From assembly GCF_000007145.1 (NCBI RefSeq), contig NC_003902.1:4676497-4708496 (forward strand): DNA of 32,000 nucleotides, in the 5' to 3' direction. Of this stretch, positions 26,836-32,000 are shown piece by piece. A program made the position numbers and the translations under genes. The notes below the pieces were generated by a model. The model saw only the letters and a list, made by a program, of their open reading frames with translations. It ran no database searches and had not been told where the DNA came from. Source of the DNA: Xanthomonas campestris pv. campestris str. ATCC 33913. GTDB lineage: Bacteria; Pseudomonadota; Gammaproteobacteria; Xanthomonadales; Xanthomonadaceae. The number at the start of each line of letters is the position of its first letter. Positions within the stretch are counted from its first letter, which is position 1.

Positions 26836-28029
26836 TCAGCCCGAAATCGCCAGCCGCTCCTGGTGATATCGACGCACCGCGGCGTACCACAGCACCCCCG
26901 CCAGACCGAACCCGGCCAGCAGGTACACAGCCCAGGTCTGCAGCGTGATCTGTTCGTGGCGGATCACCTTCAGCAACATCTGGTTCTGCGCCAGGAACGG
27001 CACTGCGAAATGCCACAGCTGCGTCTTCAGCGGGTACGCCATCAGCGCATAACCGGGCAGCATTGGTAGCAGCAGCAGCCAGGTCATGTGCGCCTGCGCC
27101 TCTTTCATGCTTTTCGCAGCCGCGGCCAGATAGGTCAGCAGCGAGGTACCGATGAACAGCATCGGCACCAGGATGAAGAGCATCTGCAGGATCGGCACGA
27201 AGCCCACGTTGAGCTGGCGCCCCAGGTTGGAGCTGGACAACTGCGCGCTGAGTTTGAAGGCCAGCAACGTCAGCAACAGCGACACCATGCCGATCACGCA
27301 GGCCGCGGCGATCTTGCCGCTGACGATCGCACTGCGAGGCGCGGGCGTGGCCAGCAGCGGTTCCAGCGACTGCCGTTCGCGTTCGCCGGCGGTGGCGTCC
27401 AGGATCAACGACGCGCCGCCCAGGAACGAGGTGATCACCAGCAGCACCGGCAACAGCATCGCCATCATCTGCCCGCGCTTGGCCTCGGCGGTGGCCAGAT
27501 CCTGCGCGGCGATCTCCAGCGGCCGCGCCACCTGCGCATCGATCCCGCGTGCGAGCAGACGCAACGCACCCACCTGCTGGCTGTAGCCGCTGAGTGCGGC
27601 CTGCAGGCGCATCGCCGGCACGTCGGCTTCGCGGCGCGTGCTGTCCTTGATGATCTCCACCAGCGCCGGGCGCCCGGCACGCCAGTCGTCGGCGTAGTGC
27701 GCACTGATGCGTAGCGCCACGTCCACGTCCTGGTCGCGGATGGCGGTGGTCAGATCGGCCGGCGCGTCCACTGCGTTGAGCCCTTGCGCGGCGAGAAAAC
27801 GCACCAGATTGGGCGCGTGCTCGCGGCCAAGCACCGGGATGTCCAGCGGCTTGTCGATCTGCGTGCGCACGCGGCTTTCGCTGAGCGCGCCCATGCCCAG
27901 GATCAGGATCGGATACAGCAAGGGCGACAGCAACAACGCCAGTGCCAGGGTGCGGCGGTCGCGGCCGATGTCGCGCAGTTCCTTGCGCAGCACGGTGCCC
28001 AACGTGGCGAAAAATGACATCTTGCTCAT
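26836..28029 (-). CDS. ABC-2 type transporter permease (NatB-like)
   Basis: 397 aa. One N-terminal TM helix, a large extracytoplasmic loop, then five C-terminal TM helices, which is the ABC-2/NatB architecture. Its start overlaps the ATPase stop by 4 nt. Confidence 0.8.
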   Translation of the reverse strand: MSKMSFFATLGTVLRKELRDIGRDRRTLALALLLSPLLYPILILGMGALSESRVRTQIDKPLDIPVLGREHAPNLVRFLAAQGLNAVDAPADLTTAIRDQDVDVALRISAHYADDWRAGRPALVEIIKDSTRREADVPAMRLQAALSGYSQQVGALRLLARGIDAQVARPLEIAAQDLATAEAKRGQMMAMLLPVLLVITSFLGGASLILDATAGERERQSLEPLLATPAPRSAIVSGKIAAACVIGMVSLLLTLLAFKLSAQLSSSNLGRQLNVGFVPILQMLFILVPMLFIGTSLLTYLAAAAKSMKEAQAHMTWLLLLPMLPGYALMAYPLKTQLWHFAVPFLAQNQMLLKVIRHEQITLQTWAVYLLAGFGLAGVLWYAAVRRYHQERLAISG

Positions 28030-28772
28030 GCGTGCAGTCCCTCGTCCGAACCGATCGCCTTGACGAAGGCGTCTTCCAGGTTGTCTTCGCCAGTGGCCGC
28101 GCGCAGTTCATCGGCGGTGCCGGCAGCCACCACGGTGCCCTTGGCAATGATGACGATGCGATCGCACAGCGCCGCCACCTCTTGCATGATGTGGCTGGAG
28201 AAGATCACGCAGCGCCCTTCGGCGCGCAGTTGCTGCAGGAAGCCGCGCATCGCGCGCGTGGTCATCACGTCCAGCCCGTTGGTGGGTTCGTCCAGGATGA
28301 CGTTGCGCGGGTCGTGCACCAGCGCGCGTGCAATGGCGGTCTTGGTGCGCTGGCCCTGGCTGAAACCTTCGGTCTGCCGGTCCAGGATGTCGTCCATGTC
28401 CAGTGCATGTGACAGCAGGCGCGTGCGCTCGGCGATCTGCGTGCGCGACATGCCATGCAATTGGCCGAAGTAGGCGATGTTCTCGCGTGCGCTCAAGCGC
28501 TTGTACACGCCGCGCGCATCCGGCAACACGCCCAGCGCGCGGCGCACCGCGACCGGGTCGTGCGCGGCATCGACGCCATCCACGCGGACGCTGCCCTGGT
28601 CGGGCGTCATCAAGGTGTAGAGCATGCGCAAGGTGGTGGTCTTGCCGGCGCCATTGGGGCCGAGCAAGCCGGTGATCTGGCCATCGGCAGCGTTGAAGCT
28701 GACTCCGTTGACCGCCTTCACCAGGCCGGTCTTGGTCTTGAAGGATTTGTGCAAGCTGTCGACGACGATCAT
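28026..28772 (-). CDS. ABC transporter ATP-binding protein (NatA-like)
   Basis: ORF 28026..28844 trimmed to MIVVDSLHKSF (CAT 28770-28772, GGAGG Shine-Dalgarno 7 nt upstream). Walker A is GPNGAGKTT, the signature is FSQGQRTK, Walker B is VILDEPTNGLD, and the H-loop is SSHIM. Confidence 0.9.
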   Translation of the reverse strand: MIVVDSLHKSFKTKTGLVKAVNGVSFNAADGQITGLLGPNGAGKTTTLRMLYTLMTPDQGSVRVDGVDAAHDPVAVRRALGVLPDARGVYKRLSARENIAYFGQLHGMSRTQIAERTRLLSHALDMDDILDRQTEGFSQGQRTKTAIARALVHDPRNVILDEPTNGLDVMTTRAMRGFLQQLRAEGRCVIFSSHIMQEVAALCDRIVIIAKGTVVAAGTADELRAATGEDNLEDAFVKAIGSDEGLHA

Positions 28773-28803
28773 GCGTGCGCCTCCGTGGCGTGGTCGGTGT
28801 GGC

Positions 28804-30354
28804 TCATGGTTCCCATCCGTTGAACGAGGTAAACGCGGGCACATCGGTCAGGCTGTCCACGCAGCGCGCGTCCAGGCCCTTGGCATCGGCGGTCTGCAGG
28901 AATTGCCCCAGCACCTTGGGCATGCAGCCCAGCCGGAACACACCGTGGCTCTGCCCGGGCGCGATCAGATGCCGGCCGTTGGGCAGACCTTGCAGCACAC
29001 GTGCGGCGTAGCGCGGCGGGGTCACCGGATCGAGCTGGCCGGACAACAACAGCACCGGCAGCGTGGAGCGGAACGGCGCAAATGCCGCCGCCGGAGTGGG
29101 CTTGGACGGCCATGTCTTGCACGCTGCGAAGAACATCTCCGCCACCTGCGCGCCCAGCAAGGTGTCGTCCTGCGCAGCCGGCGCGCGATAGCGCCCCGCA
29201 TCTTCGCTGCACAGCACCGACCACTGCATCGGCCGATTCATCTGGTCGGCCATGTCCGAGCCGCTCATCTGCGCCAGCGCCATCAACGACGCGTAACGCC
29301 CCGCAGCGGCTTCGTCCAGCACCAGCGGCAGCAGCGAGGCGGTTTCCGGCGCATACGAAAACCCGAACGCCAGGCCGGCTACGGTATCGGCGTTGACCTC
29401 CTGGTGATGCAGTTCACCGGTGCGTGGGTCGCGGTAATCCACCGGTGCCGGCGCCTGGCGCAGGCGCTCCACCACCTGCCGCAGCTGGGTGCGCGTGTCC
29501 ACCGGGAAACGCTTGGCGCAGGCTGGCTGCGCCTTGCATTGGGTGGTCTGCAACGCGATCGCGTCTTCAAAGGTGCGCGCAAATTCGCCGCCAATGACCA
29601 GATCGTTGGGGGCCACGCCATCGAGCACCACGGTGCGGGTGTGCTGCGGGTAGCGCGCCGCGTACTGCTGCGCGACACGCGTACCGTAGGAGCCGCCGAT
29701 CAGGTTGATCTGTTGCGCGCCCAGCGCCTCACGTACCGCATCCAGATCGCCGATGGCTTCGCTGGTGGTGAAATAGCGCGGGTCGGCATCGTTGCGTAGC
29801 CCTGCAGCACAGCGTGCCGCATAGGCGCTCAGCTGCTCTGCGGTGGCGGCGCTGTCGTTTTCCAGCACCAGCGGCGTGCCGCCCGCATCGCGGCATTCCA
29901 GCGGATGCGAGCCGCCGGTGCCGCGCTGATCGACCAGAAAGATGTCGCGGTGCTTGCGCACTTCGCGCAGGCCCATGTCGACGATCGCCGCCACCTGCGT
30001 AGCCGATTGCCCAGGCCCACCGGCGATGAAGAACACCGGGTCCGGCGCGTGGCTGGCACCTGCGTCACTTTCCAGCCAGGCGATCTTGAGCGCGAGCTTG
30101 CGCCCGTTCGGCGCGGCCGGATTTTCCGGTACCTGCAACTGTGCGCACTGCGCCTCGATGTTGCCGGCGGCGCTGCCGGAGCTGAGCGTGCATGGCGAAA
30201 ACTGCAGGCGGCCGTAGGCATTGCCGGCCACCGTGCTGGCCGCGGCCTGCGCCTTGCCCGTGGCCACCACGACGCCCTCGCCCGCGCGCTGGCAGCCGCC
30301 CAGCGCCACTGCCAGCGCAAGCACCAGCGTTATTGTCCTAACGTGCTTTGCCAT
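28804..30354 (-). CDS. Lipoprotein alpha/beta-hydrolase, S33 tripeptidyl-aminopeptidase (TAP)-like
   Basis: 516 aa. The lipobox is LAVALGGC and the nucleophile elbow is GGSYGT. The C-terminal TAP-like block is PVLLLSGQLDPVTPP...GQSHG. It also has the DQRGTG motif. Confidence 0.8.
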   Translation of the reverse strand: MAKHVRTITLVLALAVALGGCQRAGEGVVVATGKAQAAASTVAGNAYGRLQFSPCTLSSGSAAGNIEAQCAQLQVPENPAAPNGRKLALKIAWLESDAGASHAPDPVFFIAGGPGQSATQVAAIVDMGLREVRKHRDIFLVDQRGTGGSHPLECRDAGGTPLVLENDSAATAEQLSAYAARCAAGLRNDADPRYFTTSEAIGDLDAVREALGAQQINLIGGSYGTRVAQQYAARYPQHTRTVVLDGVAPNDLVIGGEFARTFEDAIALQTTQCKAQPACAKRFPVDTRTQLRQVVERLRQAPAPVDYRDPRTGELHHQEVNADTVAGLAFGFSYAPETASLLPLVLDEAAAGRYASLMALAQMSGSDMADQMNRPMQWSVLCSEDAGRYRAPAAQDDTLLGAQVAEMFFAACKTWPSKPTPAAAFAPFRSTLPVLLLSGQLDPVTPPRYAARVLQGLPNGRHLIAPGQSHGVFRLGCMPKVLGQFLQTADAKGLDARCVDSLTDVPAFTSFNGWEP

Positions 30355-30420
30355 TCCCGCTGATCTCCGTGTGATCCATGGTCCTGTGACGCTGCATCCG
30401 GCCAGACGTGACCGCTGCGG

Positions 30421-30621
30421 CTACTGCCCGTCTTCAAACAGGAAGACGTGCTCGATCGATTCCCCAAACAGACGCGCGATGCGAAACGCCAACGGCAGGC
30501 TGGGATCGTACTTGCCGGTCTCCAGCGCGTTGATCGTTTGCCGCGACACGCCCAGCCGTTCGCCCAACTCCCCTTGCGACCAGCCACTGGCCTCGCGCAG
30601 TTCCCGCACGCGGCTGTTCAT
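30421..30621 (-). CDS. Small XRE/Cro-type helix-turn-helix transcriptional regulator (66 aa, YozG-like)
   Basis: ORF 30421..30687 trimmed to MNSRVRELREASGWSQGELGERLGVSRQTINALETGKYDPSLPLAFRIARLFGESIEHVF. Its ATG overlaps the upstream stop (ATGA at 30618-30621). Confidence 0.85.
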   Translation of the reverse strand: MNSRVRELREASGWSQGELGERLGVSRQTINALETGKYDPSLPLAFRIARLFGESIEHVFLFEDGQ

Positions 30622-31205
30622 TGATAGCGGCGCGCGTTGACGCCCTTGGTGATGCCGTAGGTGGCGCACAGGATCGGGAACACCCACAACATCGCGACCG
30701 TGGCCGGGATGTCGATCAACTGCGCCGCCTGCAGGAACCCGCCGGTCATGTACGCAGCACTCACCAGCCCGGCAGCGATGGCGATCGATTCCAGTTCGAT
30801 CCGCCGCTGCATCTCGTCGGAGTCACGCACGAAACGCGCCACCGCACGGATCACCAGCATCAACAACAGCGCGGGCAACAATGCGATCAGCGTGCGCGCC
30901 CAGTGCGGCCCCACACGCGCCAGCAGCGTTGGCCAGCACAGCATCACCGCTACATACAACAGCATCGGGATGCCGAATTCACGGTAGTAACGCCGCGCCA
31001 GCGCCGGCACTGCACTGTCGCGCATGCCGCCGGGTGACAGCCACAGCATCAGCGCCATCAACAGGCCCGCCGCTCCCATACCGACGCACAGGCCAATCAG
31101 ATACTGGCCCAGCGGCAGCACCCGCCAATACCCAAGTGCACCGCCGCCGAGCAAGCTCAAGCTGATGCCCAACGCCACCAGTGCACTGCGTTTGCAGCCG
31201 CTCAT
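30618..31205 (-). CDS. Multi-pass membrane protein (195 aa) coupled to the small XRE regulator
   Basis: Five to six hydrophobic helices. The stop/start overlap with the HTH gene echoes the known membrane-protein + YozG-type regulator pairs. Confidence 0.6.
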   Translation of the reverse strand: MSGCKRSALVALGISLSLLGGGALGYWRVLPLGQYLIGLCVGMGAAGLLMALMLWLSPGGMRDSAVPALARRYYREFGIPMLLYVAVMLCWPTLLARVGPHWARTLIALLPALLLMLVIRAVARFVRDSDEMQRRIELESIAIAAGLVSAAYMTGGFLQAAQLIDIPATVAMLWVFPILCATYGITKGVNARRYQ

Positions 31206-31330
31206 GCGCGTTGCGCCTTTCCGGATGTTGCGTGCAATTGCAGTGCATCAGCCTGCGCGTGGTTGCGGCGACGCGGTGCTGCCGGAGGCACTGACGCCCA
31301 GTGCGGTGGGAGGTGCTGATGCATGCGACA

Positions 31331-31384
31331 TGCCTGTCAAGTTCACTTGACAGGCACAATGCGCGGCACCGGGCGGACTGTCAA
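31331..31384 (-). promoter_or_regulatory. Candidate sigma70 promoter (-35 TTGACA, 17-nt spacer, -10 CATTGT) overlapped by a perfect 26-bp palindrome, a putative operator
   Basis: The palindrome is TGCCTGTCAAGT-tc-ACTTGACAGGCA (31331-31356). On the minus strand, TTGACA is at 31384-31379 and CATTGT at 31361-31356. A third CTGTCAAG half-site at 31378-31385 coincides with the -35. Confidence 0.45.
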
Positions 31385-31696
31385 GCGTCCTTTACATGTT
31401 GCGCGGCTCGGCAGGCGGCGCATGGGCGTCCTCGCTGCCATGGATCGCGGGCTGGTGGATCACGCGCCAGAGGCTGAGCGTTGCGAGGGTCCGGGCACGC
31501 ACGCATTCGACGTGGGAGCGCGACGAGGCGATCGTGACGTCCCGAAGACGAGGGAATATCTCCGGAGCCGCCGAGTCAAAACTTTCTGCGCCAGCGCCGC
31601 AGCGCGTGCCGGCAGCGGTGCGATTGATGAGTCGTTATTGGCGGCCACGCGATCGCATGCAACGCTTCAATCGCCGCATGCAGCGCGCGCCGCGCG

Positions 31697-31969
31697 CTAC
31701 TTCAAATACGTCTTGAGAATCGCCGCCACCTCCTCCACGGCCTGCTCGCGCGTGCCGCGCGCGTCCGGTGCAGCGACATGGTGCTGCAGGTGCTCGGTCA
31801 GCAGCTCCACCATCAGGCCTTGCGCAGCCCCGCGGAAGGCAGCGACCTGGGTCAGCAAGGCGGTGCATTCCACATCCTGCGCCAGCGCTTTCTCCAGTGC
31901 CTCGACCTGCCCGCGAATCTTGCGGACCCGCGCGAGCAGCTTGGATTTGTCCTGAGTTAGATGCGCCAT
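31697..31969 (-). CDS. CsoR/RcnR/FrmR-family metal-sensing transcriptional repressor with an RcnR-type H-C-H-H fingerprint
   Basis: 90 aa: MAHLTQDKSKLLARVRKIRGQVEALEKALAQDVECTALLTQVAAFRGAAQGLMVELLTEHLQHH... By my count the residues are His3, Cys35, His60 and His64. The protein is colinear with E. coli RcnR/FrmR as I remember them. Confidence 0.85.
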   Translation of the reverse strand: MAHLTQDKSKLLARVRKIRGQVEALEKALAQDVECTALLTQVAAFRGAAQGLMVELLTEHLQHHVAAPDARGTREQAVEEVAAILKTYLK

Positions 31970-31973
31970 GCAG

Positions 31974-31990
31974 ATACCCCCCAGGGGTAT
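31974..31990. promoter_or_regulatory. Candidate CsoR/RcnR-family operator: a G/C tract flanked by an AT-rich inverted repeat
   Basis: ATACCCC-cca-GGGGTAT lies 4 nt upstream of the repressor ATG. GGTAT-ttcgg-ATACC follows at 31986-32000, so a second site may start where the window ends. Confidence 0.55.
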
Positions 31991-32000
31991 TTCGGATACC

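Noticed and set aside
31323-31955. 210-aa + strand ORF and other ORFs in the 31206-31696 gap
   Set aside because: It overlaps the RcnR-like gene antisense, has an Arg/Ala-rich low-complexity sequence, and has no translation-initiation signal.

Overview
High-GC (roughly mid-60s % by eye) chromosomal segment with Xanthomonas/Lysobacteraceae-like gene content. All calls come from reading the ORF-track translations and the DNA directly; no homology or HMM search was run. I support 27 protein-coding genes and found no rRNA, tRNA, CRISPR array, transposase or integrase. Many long ORFs in the track are antisense shadows typical of high-GC DNA.

Left to right, the coding content is:
- a secreted heme catalase, truncated at the left edge
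- dinG, two small membrane proteins, and aroE
- a TolB-like beta-propeller protein
- a membrane-anchored PepSY-TM/CysJ-like diflavin reductase fusion
- hemB, a small membrane protein and a lipoprotein
- a low-GC islet carrying one Cys-rich exported orphan
- a DUF885 protein, a Coa1-like protein, DPP-IV (S9B) and a YfcG-like GST
- a TonB-dependent receptor, then translationally coupled SapC, JmjC-like cupin and flavin-dependent halogenase genes, then a lipoprotein carrying a TonB C-terminal domain
- a minus-strand array of membrane protein, small XRE regulator, S33 lipoprotein hydrolase, and ABC ATPase plus ABC-2 permease
- an RcnR/CsoR-family metal repressor with a candidate operator at the right edge

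Non-coding structure includes a (GATGTC)n microsatellite, a 13-bp tandem repeat, REP-like palindromic elements in at least two places, two clear intrinsic terminators, and a perfect 26-bp palindrome over a candidate promoter.

The best candidate for an under-described system is the TBDR-SapC-cupin-halogenase-TonB_C module at about 18.8-26.4 kb. Every component is recognisable as a family, but to my knowledge none has an assigned function in this context.
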